Source of the DNA: Trichoplax adhaerens
Taxonomy: Eukaryota; Animalia; Placozoa
Direction of reading: 5' to 3'
Length of the DNA: 64,000 nucleotides
NCBI RefSeq assembly: GCF_000150275.1
Contig: NW_002060943.1
Location: forward strand, 12,042,522 to 12,106,521
The position numbers and the translations under genes were made by a program. The notes below the pieces were generated by a model, which was given only the letters and a program-made list of their open reading frames with translations, did no database searches and had not been told where the DNA came from. The number at the start of each line of letters is the position of its first letter. The first letter of the stretch is position 1. Positions 27,600 through 39,600 of this stretch are shown one piece after another.

Positions 27600-30100
27600 A
27601 GTTATGACAGACTCTCGCATGATGTGCTTACATCTTCATAAGGTGCGATTACGTAATCCTGTATTCGGTGATTTGCGTATTACTTATATGTTAAGCTTTT
27701 ACTCTTCATTACGGATGTCCGACTATATCCCATTCTCATGTCATAAGCTAGCACGGGTTTTCCTTAGTAGGACTTTGGTAAAGACCCGTATTTCTTTCTC
27801 ACTTTTCTGCTTAATTTGTTACCGATGCGATGACTCTACAAACTTTATCAATATCACATTATCGGATAAGAGGCATCATAACTTTTTGGCAAGAAGATTT
27901 TTCACCTACAAAAAATTCACAATTGACTTATTTTGTCTTGATAATTGAAGTTAAAGCCTTTCATTTCTAATAAATGGAGTTTCTAGATGTAAATTAAATA
28001 ATAATACTTAGTTATTGGACTGAAATTTGATTAATAGTAATCAATGAAGGAACGTTAATCATTCATCATTTGTTCTAATCCTGTCATACTGTAAAAGTGA
28101 CACTTCGTCCTTAATGTATAAAATGTACTTTAAACGCACGGATCGAGCAGGCACTACGATTTTAATGATAAGTGCTTGTTTGATGGCTCTCCATTTTTAA
28201 CTCCTACTTTTGCTTAACTTTATGACAATATTAAGTAAGATCTTAGGTCTACAGTATACCAGATGTAACTCTGTCAGTCGCTACTTCCATGTTTATACAT
28301 GCAGAAATTTTCATTTGTCGAACCCATCGCAACTCTTTTCATTATGACTATAAAATCATTACAATTATAAGTGTATTTTTTCCCTGTTTTATTAAAATTA
28401 CAATAATACTTATAAACCAAAATCCTGCTATAAGGTATAGTTATCGGGATGCAAATCGCTTTTATTGACGCAATCCCATGCAGCTCCGGTATTGAGTTTA
28501 TAACACCAGGTGGGATTTTTAGTGTACGATATTATTCACTTTAACATTGATAGCTTACGTTATGTCTGGAAATTGATCAATATACTGTGGTGTAGAGGAC
28601 GTTTTCAATTTATCCCTCGTTTTTATTCTATCACTATATTTGGCTTCCCTACTTGCATCTAGTGTCTGGAGCAAAATTAATTTGTTTGTCAGTTGATGTA
28701 ATGAGCGAATTTTTAAATTCTGAATCTCAATTTTATGGATGAAAATCCAATTGTCTTGCACTGGAATTAACGAATTCAAATTCCGTACTCGCATTTTTGA
28801 CATTAAAAAATCCTTAACTTCCTATTAAAATGTCTAAAGAGATAAGAAATGTTTCTTCTGTTTTGTAAAGCAAACGTAATTTGCAGGCTTGATGTCTAAG
28901 ATTTTATATAGACTTTAATTGTAGATGGACGTTCGATATTTCATCCTATATTACCAATGACTGCAGTAAAATTCAAATCCAAAGAAAACGTGAGCAGATA
29001 GCAATAGCTTTTATTACAAATTATTAATACTGTAGGAGTATCTACTGATACCATTGCACCATTTACTTCATTATCATCTATCATTCCAAATGCAGCATAG
29101 ATAATAACAGATTAGGTTGTTCATATACTTATTTTACGAATGGTAAATGCCGGTAAGGCTTCTGTTCTAGATAATCGTTCTTTCTGACCTTTCATTTGCA
29201 GTAGTATAAATATAATTTCATGCCTACAATAATTGGCAATCGCTCTGTATTGACCTTTAAGTTGAAGTAGAATAAAAAAGAACTTTATCACTTCACTATT
29301 TGGGCATTATTGCAGTACTACTAGTTATACGCCACATTCATATTCCCACGCATTTTAATATAGCCATCACGTATAGTTTCTTAAATGCCTCTGTTGATAA
29401 TTTTTCATAGCAATAGATTTCCAGCATCGCTTGCAAAAAATTGTAGTAAAGAACCGTTTAAGATAAAGCACTAGTTTCAAACTTTTCAGAAGGGTGCTGT
29501 TGCGTAATTCTTAGATGATGTAGTATATTCGTATTATGGGCCGCTGGTTAAGACCTTTGAGGTGTAGTACTCAGCAGCAACAATCCGTAGAAGCTAATTT
29601 GAAAACTGCCAAAGTGATTATTCAGTCATTTCAAAGGGTCTCATTTAATATAATAGGCTGACTACCAATTCATGTCCAGTTTTAGGCTTTTTTAACTTAT
29701 TTCGGTACATACTCTGTCGGGAAATAATATAGGCCCACGAAATAGTAATAGCCAATAATAATAAGTTAATGATGAAACTTTGAAAAGTAGATAACACAAT
29801 GACATAAATTGCTGAATAGATCTTGTGTCGTATTGTCGACTGCAAGATTTAGATTTCTTGATCATCAGGTAATTAGAAATAGTAGATTGACTGCTAGTAT
29901 ATACTCGTATATACAGTATTGGGCTTTTTAAACTTTTTTTAATACACAATCTGTCAGAAGGCAATATAGGCCAACGAAATAATAACGGTCAAAAGTATTA
30001 ATGAGTTATCCTTGAAAGTAGGTGATACAAACGCATAACTTACTGAATAGATCTTGTTTCAAATTGTCGACTTCAAGATTCAGATTTCATTGATCATCAG
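27600..30100 (+). pseudogene. Possible long decayed leucine-rich-repeat gene relic
   Basis: Scattered LRR-like peptides in broken plus frames: PVFGDLRITYML (ORF 27604), FIKITIILINQNP (~28390), PFTSLSSI..IDNNRL (~29060-29115), KNFITSL (~29280), VSFNIIG*LPIHVQF...TLSGNNIG (29638-29735), IDLVSYCRLQDLDFLII (~29816). Boundaries approximate. Confidence 0.45.
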
Positions 30101-30102
30101 GC
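29685..30102 (+). repeat. Two-copy diverged tandem duplication (~185 bp units at ~29685-29869 and ~29922-30102)
   Basis: Both units share ggcttttt.aactt...tctgtc.g...aatataggcc.acgaaata...ctgaatagatcttgt.tc..attgtcgact.caagatt.agatttc..tgatcatcagg. Confidence 0.85.
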
Positions 30103-30657
30103 AGTCATCTTTATTGATTTATCGACAATATCAACTATGTTAATGCTCATTGAGTAATTAAAGCGATAGTGATGTACAGACTAAGTGAAAAGAATCATTA
30201 GATTTCTAGTAATTATATTTTAAGTTCAATTGAGTAAATTTTAATTTAGAGGCGGCAGTGGGACGATTAAGACGGACAGGCTTTAATCTAACAAGTTATC
30301 TTGAGTTAATTAAATAGTTTTTATACTAATGTTTCCATATTACGGTCTTAAGGCCCAAAAGATAAATGGCGAAACTAGATATTTTTCCTAATACGTTTCG
30401 AAACAGATGATATTTACAAGTTGAGTAAATTTTTATTACCATTAATAATTTCGATAACACTTTCTAAGTACTTAGTAAATCAAATTATCAGCGTATCGAA
30501 GGAAAATTCTCATACCGCAGTTTGATAGCAATGGCTAAGTAGAAAATACTTCAATTTTAATAAATTTGGCAAAATTATTTCGGCGCCTAATTTCTATTCA
30601 ATGTCATGCTTCATCTCCGTGGAAAATAATATGATAGTAAGGCTCTATTGTCGTTTC

Positions 30658-30977
30658 TTACGAATCATTAGTGAAATTTCTAGCTTTAACTTCTAATTGC
30701 CTTCCTAGCTTTTGAACTCTTTGAATAGTATTATTATTTAATACATCACAAAATTCTAGGAAATCATTCCCATCAGCACGATTTTGTAAGATATTGAAAA
30801 GTCGATCTGCTTTTTGCTCTTCATGTGGAAGCCTTCTTATATCTGTTACTTCTCTTTCACTTAAAATATGCTTTGCTTTTAATTTGAGTAGTATTTCATC
30901 AGTAGGTATAATGCGAATGAAATCTTCATTATAATAGTTTAAGGCATGACACAGCTGTGGACGCGAAATTTCGTTAT
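30658..30977 (-). CDS. CARD-like (death-fold) terminal exon of the Roco gene, absent from the ORF track
   Basis: Acceptor tcttatttcctctag|. Reads DNEISRPQLCHALNYYNEDFIRIIPTDEILLKLKAKHILSEREVTDIRRLPHEEQKADRLFNILQNRADGNDFLEFCDVLNNNTIQRVQKLGRQLEVKARNFTNDS*. This fits the CARD pattern L..L...ILS..E...I......KA..L..IL..R....F..F...L. Confidence 0.8.
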
Positions 30978-33900
30978 CTAGAGGAAATAAGAGATTTTCT
31001 CAGAATAATAAAGATTTAATAAAGTGAATGCTTATTTTAAACACTCTAAATTGCAGAAAATGGCATCTACTATTCCTGGAAGATACACATTATTGATATA
31101 TTTTATTAATTCTATATTTATACTCCAAGTGGACGGCATGTACTATGAAAAATTTTGGTAAAGTATATAAATTTTAGCAAGCCTCAGCAGTATATTTTAC
31201 TGTGTTATTTACGCTATAATTGTCGTTCATGCCAGTATAAGCGTAGTAAAATATCTTCAAATATATACGGTTTATTCCGATGAAATTTAATAAAAGTATT
31301 TAAAAATTTAGCATTGTGTCTGCATAACGTAGTTTTTGCAAGTTATATTTGTAGAGTACTTCTACTGTTCTATTTGAATGTCTCATTCTCAACAGTTTTC
31401 ATTTACTATCTTTGAAAACGTAGTGGAAATGAAAGAATTTAAACCATTACATGTACAAATAATGAGAAAGTTATAGTGTACTTTCGATTTTTTAAAGTAT
31501 AAGGCGCAAGAAAAATTATGGTACGAAGTAAATTTAAAATAAAGTTAGTCCTGCGTCGCAGTATTGCATCTTCTATAGTCATTTGTAGCAACTTTTAATG
31601 CAAGCATATAAGGTTTAATTTACAACTTTATAAGATCTTACTGTTGTTGCTTGTTTGAGTATCCGACATTCGAAGCTTACCGTACCACCGATCTAAGCGA
31701 TATAAGTTTACAAAAAATGATTATGAGCATGTTCAAGATCGATTCCCTTAGAGCTAGTTGTCACAGTCATCAAAATAACTTAGATATGGATGAGTAGTTT
31801 GTGATAAAATTTTGTTTTGAACTTGTTAGAAGTATGAACTACTACTTTAGGAGTTGCAATTGTTAGTAATAAACTAAGTTTATTATGATATTATGACGCT
31901 ACAGTAATATGGTACAAGTAAGTACTGAGAATATAGGGGTTTGACAGGGCTTACAATCGAAGTAGATTTACGTATGAAATTTTTTATTACCTCGAATGTC
32001 CGTATTCGATAATTTAATCGCTATAACATATTTGTTGTTGAAATATGTTGATCGTATACTAAATATCTCTATAACGACTGAAAGAGCATATAGGTAGGAC
32101 TGTGATCAATTAAAAGTGGCTTAGATTAAGGCTAAAATGTGTGAGAGTTATATACCGTATATTGTGTTTAGCAAGTTAGTGTGTACTTCGCAAGGATTTC
32201 AATTGCTATACCGAAGGCTAGGGAAGTAGTTCTGTGAATTAAAGCAAAGTTTATTATAAGTGCTGTACTGTTTTCTTGTATCGCAAGGGTAGTTTTGATG
32301 CTAGTATTTACAGAATAAAAACTAAGGGAAATCAATGTATTTAGGCGTGTACACAACTGTGATATGATAATAAATATCATTGATATAAAAGGATAAGTGC
32401 CGTAATTTTATCATCAGGCTTGCTATAGACATTATATCCCTAATTCTAACATTAGCATACCTTTCCACAATTTCTTATCGTATGGTATCCAATCGCTAAT
32501 CGAGTTGCTTTCGAAATAATTATGGCAGTTCTGACATTGAATCCAATTTTGGATTTGTACATTGATTTTACATTTTACACTAGTTAATTTATTACAGTAG
32601 CTGCATTGAACATAGAATTGACAATTTTTATTTTTAAACTTTGGCATTCTTTCTTCTATTATCGATACTAATTTAGCCCTAATGATGGCATGGAGACGTT
32701 TACTATGTAAAGAATTAAAAACTTTGTCCATGATTTTATCTTCAATTTCAGATTCTCTTACTTTTTGATAGCAATATTGTAAACCGATGTAAGAGCCTTC
32801 TTTTTTGACAATAACGTAATGACCATCGTTTGCTAGATAATACTTTGCGCAATGATGATACAGTTCTACTTTAGTATTATTCCATTCCTTCATGCAGGCT
32901 GACAATAAACAATAATAGATTCCATCTGGGATATAAGGAATGTCCTTGTTCTCATATCCGATATAGAACCAATCTGATAAAAGATATCCTGTTAAATTAA
33001 ATGGATCAACATCGGAGCGTAGCAAGTATGGGGCAAAATATTTACTTTCATCTTCGTCATTATCATTTTTAATCTGGCATACTATATCATAAGTCTCCAT
33101 TAATTTCAGTATATTCTTCTTTGCATCTTCATCTAATTTTTGAAGAACATAATCAATGTAAGATCTTGATAACTTCCCTGTTTGGCTAGCCTTTTCATAC
33201 TCAGATATTATAGACGAGCTACCAGAAGGACATTCATGGCACTGGATAAGGCTACGAAATATTTTTAATAACCAATCAACATTTGTTACAACGATTCCTC
33301 CATAACCCGCTTTCTTGCAAAATATAATTTCTCCTAAATCATGTAAATAAGTCAGCATATCGATTAACTCTTCTTCATTCTCATATAAGCAGTACTTCTG
33401 AGCCAAATTAATTACTTCTTGTATGGTCATGATATTACTAATGCTATCAGTCCGAATTTGATTGATTTTTGAGGAAGTTGATGGATTGTCATGGCTGAAG
33501 GAGGCTACACGTAATATTGTTGCCATAATGATCCAACGTATAGGAATAGAACTCTTCATGAATGGTAACGATTGCGCAAATTTTTTAATTATGTGATGCA
33601 GACGAAAACTGCAATACGTCCGATTAATCTTGGTTGGTAGGCTATTGTCTTCAGCATTACAGTTAAAAACGATACCTGAAGAATAGATATTGTTTTTATA
33701 GATTGGCATATGCGATCTTATTTCACGCTCAAATTGATTAAATCGACGGATACGTTCTTCTTCTTTTAATATTAAATCGCCATGCGATGCGACTAAGATA
33801 ACGATGGGCAACGAATACTTAACATTATCATTGTCAATATTCGCTGTAATCTCACCACCATCTCTATGACTACCGATGATAGACGTCAACCATTCTTGCA

Positions 33901-36657
33901 TGGCGTGTAAATAAGTTGTGTTCAGTAATTGACCATCTCGCGTCCGTACTTTGTCATAAATATCAAGGGCAATATTGAATACAAGAATATATATACTGTT
34001 TTCGGACATGAATAGACGATGAGTAATATGGTAAATTTCATGACCGCCGAAATCCCATATTTTAGCATATTGGCTATCGTAGTCCAAGTAATTCTTTTTC
34101 ATTGGTGGCAGAGAAAAATAATATTGGAAGACATCTCGTAATTGTTGCATGCTTGATTTAGAATTCATTGTCTCTAAATCTTTTGAAGCAATGGGATCTT
34201 GTTTATCAGTTTCATATGTGAAATCGATAGATCCAGTGTCAGCTATAGTTTGGCGATAAACTGAACCAGCTGATACTTGAGTCGTGCTATCATTGTTGAA
34301 TGTTTGCATAATGGAATTTATATTAACTCTCCAAATTTGGCGTAAATCATCAAGCTGAAGATTTTGTAAATTATATGCTATTTCGATTACTGTTTCAGAT
34401 TGATGGACAATCTCCGTAGGAGGTTGATTTGGTTTAAGTACTTGTCGAGTAAACGCCCTCATGATAGATGATTTACCAACATTTCGTGGGCCAGTAAACA
34501 TAGCTCTTACTAAATTATTAAAGCAGCTCCCTCGGTCTAAAGCTTTGATATATCCACGAAAATATCGCTTTTCTTGAATATCAGTAACTGAAAGGAGAAA
34601 ATTATCAAGAGGCTTATTCAGCTTTGAAAGTTAATCAATGATTAGAAGAAGAATCTGTGATCAATACAAACCAGGAATGAATTATTAAATTTTACCTCGA
34701 TTATTGGCCCAATCTTGTTCGTTGCTGTGGTTTTCGCTGTCACTTGACCGCAATTGTGATTGATTATCTTAATTATTGTTGAATATTACATTAATGTAGA
34801 TTAATTTAAATATATATCAATTTCATGATGCTCTTGCATAATACAGAATAGGTAATGTTTGATTTTTAAACTGTACTTACTTAGAAATTGTGGCTTATGG
34901 TGATCTTGTCCTCGGCTTTTCCTTTTATTTACTTCTTCTTTTAATATATATGTTTACGAGTATATATAATTAATTATTAGTTTACAAATAGCGGAAAAAA
35001 TCTATTACTTAACTTTCAGCTAATTAGTCTTAATCATTAAGGTAAAGAAATTAGGAGAAGATAGAGAACCTTGTATTTTTCCTGATTGATTAGTTAATGA
35101 CTCAGAGATATTCATTTCTTGAGGTAAACAATTGCGAATAGTTTCTGATTTTTGTTGCATGGCAATAGCATCGTCAAAGTGATGTAAATGATTGTTACAT
35201 CCTGCTAGTTTTTCATATATATCAGCAATACTAGAATGATTTTCTCCAAAAGTTTTATGCAAAATATTTAGTGCTTCATTATATTTAGTAAGGGCCTGAT
35301 TATACTTTAATTGTTTGTAATACGAATTCCCCATGTCTTGATATAGCTGTGAAATATCGGGATGAGTATCGCCTAAGACTAATAATAAAATTTTAAGTGA
35401 TTTTTGATACATTGAAAGAGCTTCATCGCACCTGTTTTGATGATCATAAATATTTGCTATATTTTTATAGGATGCAGCGATACTAGGATGATTTTCATCT
35501 AGTTGTGCTAATCGTATTTTAAGGGACTTTTCATGCATAGATAGAGATTTGTCGTATTGTCCTTGATGTTCATAGACAACTCCCAAGTCTTCATAATTAT
35601 TAGCAACATATTGATGATTTTCACTATAGACCGATAATTGAATTTTGAGCGATTTGTTATGCATTGTTAAAGCATCATCATATTTACCCAATGAATCGTA
35701 AACATTTCCAATATCATGATATATCGGCGAAAGGTCAGGATGATCGTTGGCCAGAATTGATAAGTAAATTTTAAGTGATTTAAGATACTGGGAGAGGCAA
35801 TCATTAAGTCTTCCTTTCTTCTTGTATGCTACACCCATGCTAAGATAAGATGCTGCAACAGACGAGCGATTTTCTCCAAAGACTAATAGTCGAGCTTCAA
35901 GACATTTTTTAAATATAGCAAGAGCCTTATCATATTTGCCTTGACGTAAGTAGATATTTCCAATATTGTTATATGACTCGTCAACTATGGCATGATTATC
36001 ACCTAAATGATGGGATTCAATTTCGAATGACTTCTGATACATGGAAAGAGCATCATTATACTTGCCTTGTTGCTCATAGATAAGCCCCTTATTATGGTAT
36101 ACCCGAGAAATGTCAGGATGATTATCATCAAGTATTGATAGCTTGATTTCGAGTGATTTGTCATACATAGCGAGAGCTTCATAATTTTCTCCTTGTTTCC
36201 ACTTAACTAGTCCGATGTTATTATACGAATCACTGATATTTAGATTTTTCTCTCCTAGAGAAGTTAACTTTATTTCTAAAGCTTTATGAAAATCGTGTAA
36301 TGCTCCATTTAAATCGCCTTGTAATCTTTTGATACTTCCTTGTCTATCCCAGCAATTAGCGATGCAGACCTGGTCTTGTAGTTCATTTGCTACCTGTTGC
36401 GCTAGGTTGCAAAATTCGTAGGCTTTTGTCCAAATGCGTTCACGTCTGTAAATATCACTAATGTCTATGTAAATATTACACTTAAGTCGTTCAACATCAG
36501 CAGAGGAATTGGGTATTATTTCAATTTTATGTAGAGATTCCATATAGGAAGGAAGCGCATTTTTAAAGTCAAATTTTGTTTTACTCTCTTTAGCCATTTC
36601 AAATAGAGACTGAATATTTTGGGGAACAGTAGACTCCGTAGGTTGTTCTGTAGCCAT
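30658..36657 (-). CDS. Multi-exon Roco protein: N-terminal TPR array - linker - Roc GTPase - COR - CxxC/CxxC segment - C-terminal CARD (~1390-1404 aa)
   Basis: Hand-built exons (minus): 36657-35070 TPR; 34937-34881 EEVNKRKSRGQDHHKPQFL; 34767-34696 NQSQLRSS..WANNR; 34587-32461 Roc-COR; optional 31692-31642 or 31692-31681; 30977-30658 CARD to TAA. All introns are GT-AG and phase 1, and the joined frame has no stop. Roc motifs: YIKALDRG..RAMFTGPRNVGKSS, IWDFGG, VASHGD. COR motifs: IPIRW, LTYLHDLGEII, VDWL, YFAPYLL, PDGIY. The first donor (GTTCTC) is the weakest link. Confidence 0.8.
31759..32294 (+). repeat. Dispersed repeat copy 2 (inverted relative to 9221-9758), inside a Roco intron; LRR-like relic
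   Basis: Reverse-complement match along the whole of copy 1. The plus frame from 31996 reads MSVFDNLIAITYLLLKYVDRILNISITTERAYR*DCDQLKVA*IKAKMCESYIPYIVFSKLV. Confidence 0.9.
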
Positions 36658-39600
36658 GCTTTTCAGTTAAACTGGAATGGGTATACATATGGTCGAAATA
36701 ATTGTTCTTACAGAATAAATTTGTGATTAGAACTGAAGTATGAGCCAATTTTCCTAAGTTGATCGGAACTGAAATCACCTCACAGCCTTGATTCAAAGCC
36801 TGAGTTTTATTTTCAAATGAGAAATTACGGTTTCAACTGAGGTTAATTACAATGTAATCAAATTCATTTATTTACCAATGATGCTTGATGATTTGTTTAA
36901 TTAATGGAATCTTAAGGACGAATTATGGCGAGCTTTATTACATCAGCTTGATTGCAGTTTCAATGACTTTGCAACCCTATTAAGTTATCTTGTAATTTAA
37001 ATTTAATCCTCACTGCTCGACAATTCTTGTTCCAAATTTTAATAAAATACGGAAAACGTAAAAAATCGCTCCGTCAAGCTTCTAAAGCCTTCTAAATCGA
37101 TGATAATATATCTGTTAACGCCATAGTTTCCACTGTAGTTTATCATAAAGCAATATTATTTCTACTATAATTTTTATTCGTAATTAGCTGCTAGTTTTTA
37201 ATCAAGATTGCAGCTTTAATACTGAGTTATCTAAATATATAGTCAAATTTACGATCTTACGTTGCAGTTCTTAAAAAAACTAAGTTATTAAATTCTAACC
37301 TAAATAAAGTGGTCGGGTTTACGATAGACGGTACTAAACCACTATGTACTGTAGAATCTACGGTTATTAAACTAAATTGAGTCTTTTTAAAATTATAATA
37401 CTTACTGAAGTTGAAAAAAACTTGAAAGAGAATTCTAAAAATTAGTTTTCATTACATAAAGAGAGACAGAACTAAAGCTGTCAATAACGGACCATTCTGG
37501 CCAGAAAATGAACATTTTCACTTGCAACTTGTGGGCCTAGTTAGCTTTCTAATTTTAAACAAGTTCTTCCCAAAATCAATCTCTTTTTTTCTTTTTTCTT
37601 ATTTTCTGGTTGTACCACCTCTTATAGGCTTCGTGAAGCTTTTGGTGGTATTTAAAATAAAACACTTATCGACCAATCACTATTAGGATTAATTTTTGTT
37701 TATACACGTGCTTCACATCATTTCTAAAAATAAAAATCGTACAAAGTCTAGACATTATCGTGTTTACCTTACGATTTCCAAACAAAATGCTATAAAGCTA
37801 ACTTACTAATCATGAAATACACCAAATATTATCTCTGGTACCGTTTAAAACATAAGAACCTTTAAATTTTGACATGTCAACGTGTATCTATTGCAATTCT
37901 AAATGCTCTTATATCCATTTTACGTCCTACTTCAATAATAAAGAGCGATGGACATATATGAAAAAATGCCGGTTGAAGTAATTATGAATGACAGGGCTTT
38001 ACTTAAATTCTAAATAAATTTAACTTCGTAAAAGCTATCTAACGCTCTATCTTTAGATTAGGCGATCGCTGACATCTTAGATGCATGGGATTTGTAATCT
38101 AAGTTCCAGCTTAACAAAATAACTATTAAAATCACAGAGCACATTCTCAAAATCTAGTAGTAAATTACTGGGAAAATATAACAAAATTTTCTATTTTAAA
38201 CTACGTATGATTGCGTTCTATTTTTCTACAGTATTTCATAAAATCTTGTAAAATACGTAGAAGAAGAAGAAAAAATAGCAATGTATTATTTAAACAAGGT
38301 GAAATAAGGAATAATACTATATTATTAAATACAAGAAAAAAATACTACTAGTAAGCATGAATGCTAGTATACTAGTATACCACTAGTACCGAGTAGTGGT
38401 TTACGAATAGTTATGGTAATCCTCAGAATTATGATATCAGTGGTAACTGCGATATTATGATTGGGTTTATCTACTAGGCTTTTGGCATATTTTTTCCAGA
38501 ATGTAAGGGTATCAATAAAATACAGATAAATTTTTCTATTAAATCAATATAAAAATATAATAATAACAGTGTGCTCCAGCAAGAAAAATATTCATAGATT
38601 TATCGGTATTTAGTTCATCAATAAATATTTGAAATGTAAAGGATGACAGTAAAATATCTTTTTATTATCTCTGACGGCATAGTTCTATTCTACTACTTCT
38701 GTTTTATTTTTTGCGAACGATTCCTTGAATGTTGGATAATTGCATTGATATTCAATTTAACAAAAGATATGTATTATCAAGCATATTTAAAAGACTTCCG
38801 TAGGTTAACTGATTGATTCCTATTACGCCCGATGGGGTAGCTGGAGAAACACAAATGAAATCTAATCTTTGTTTACTAACTACCAACCAAAAGTGAACGA
38901 TAGATCAGGATAACGAATTGTTACATTTTTGATCTAACTTCAATTAAGATTTATCAATAATTTAGGAAGTGATAAAATTAGTGATTATTAGTGATTATTA
39001 GTGATTGATCTTTTTTCTTGCTGTGAGATGAAAGGTGAAAGTTATTTATGGTAGCCATTAAAATTTTTATTACTAGAGCTGATTCTGCAGCAGTTATTGC
39101 CATACTTCAAAAATTAAATTAATTTATCGAGCAATTCTCAATATTTAGTTGTAATAGTTTCAAACTTAAAGAAGATATTAGTCTGGTCGCAAAAAGGACT
39201 TGTAAATTCATCTTAGTCATTAAATTAAATGAATTCTTAACAGAAATAATTTCAAACATGGAAAGAGCGGTAAAACTAGTGCAGTTAGAAGGTAAAAGCA
39301 GATGCAGTGATGAATTGATTAATTGTAGTGATGCTTACATAATATGAGAAGAAAGTAATTTTATATTATACTTACGACCTGTAATTATGATTTACTGAAA
39401 ATTATGGCTCCAAATATATTATAAAGAGAATACTCAATTTGTAAACTTTGATTTCCTGTTATAAGATCCGATCACGAAAATATCAAAGTTATAGAAAACT
39501 AGAGCTTTATTATTTAGATCTAATACAAAGACTAGCTGCACACAGCGCTACTCGAGCAGAATACAACTGCTGATAAGCTTCTAGAAAAAAATGATCAGAT

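Noticed and set aside
28559-28665. Minus-strand segment with good acceptor and donor (part of ORF 28555-28803) as a further Roco exon
   Set aside because: Open only when entered in phase 0, which does not match the phase-2 donor at the end of the CARD exon; no recognisable domain.
29524-29670. Frame YIRI...NLKTAKVII...NIIG*LP resembling GPCR TM5-TM6
   Set aside because: Not hydrophobic enough for TM6. The same residues fit an LRR unit (SFNII..LP..V.F...LSGNNI) better, in line with flanking sequence.
36658-36680. Acceptor cccattccag 14 nt upstream of the Roco ATG as a coding fusion point with upstream TPR genes
   Set aside because: An in-frame TAA lies between the acceptor and the ATG, so it is at most a 5' UTR intron.
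38978-39006. (ttagtgatta)x3 short tandem repeat
   Set aside because: Simple slippage repeat with no further structure.
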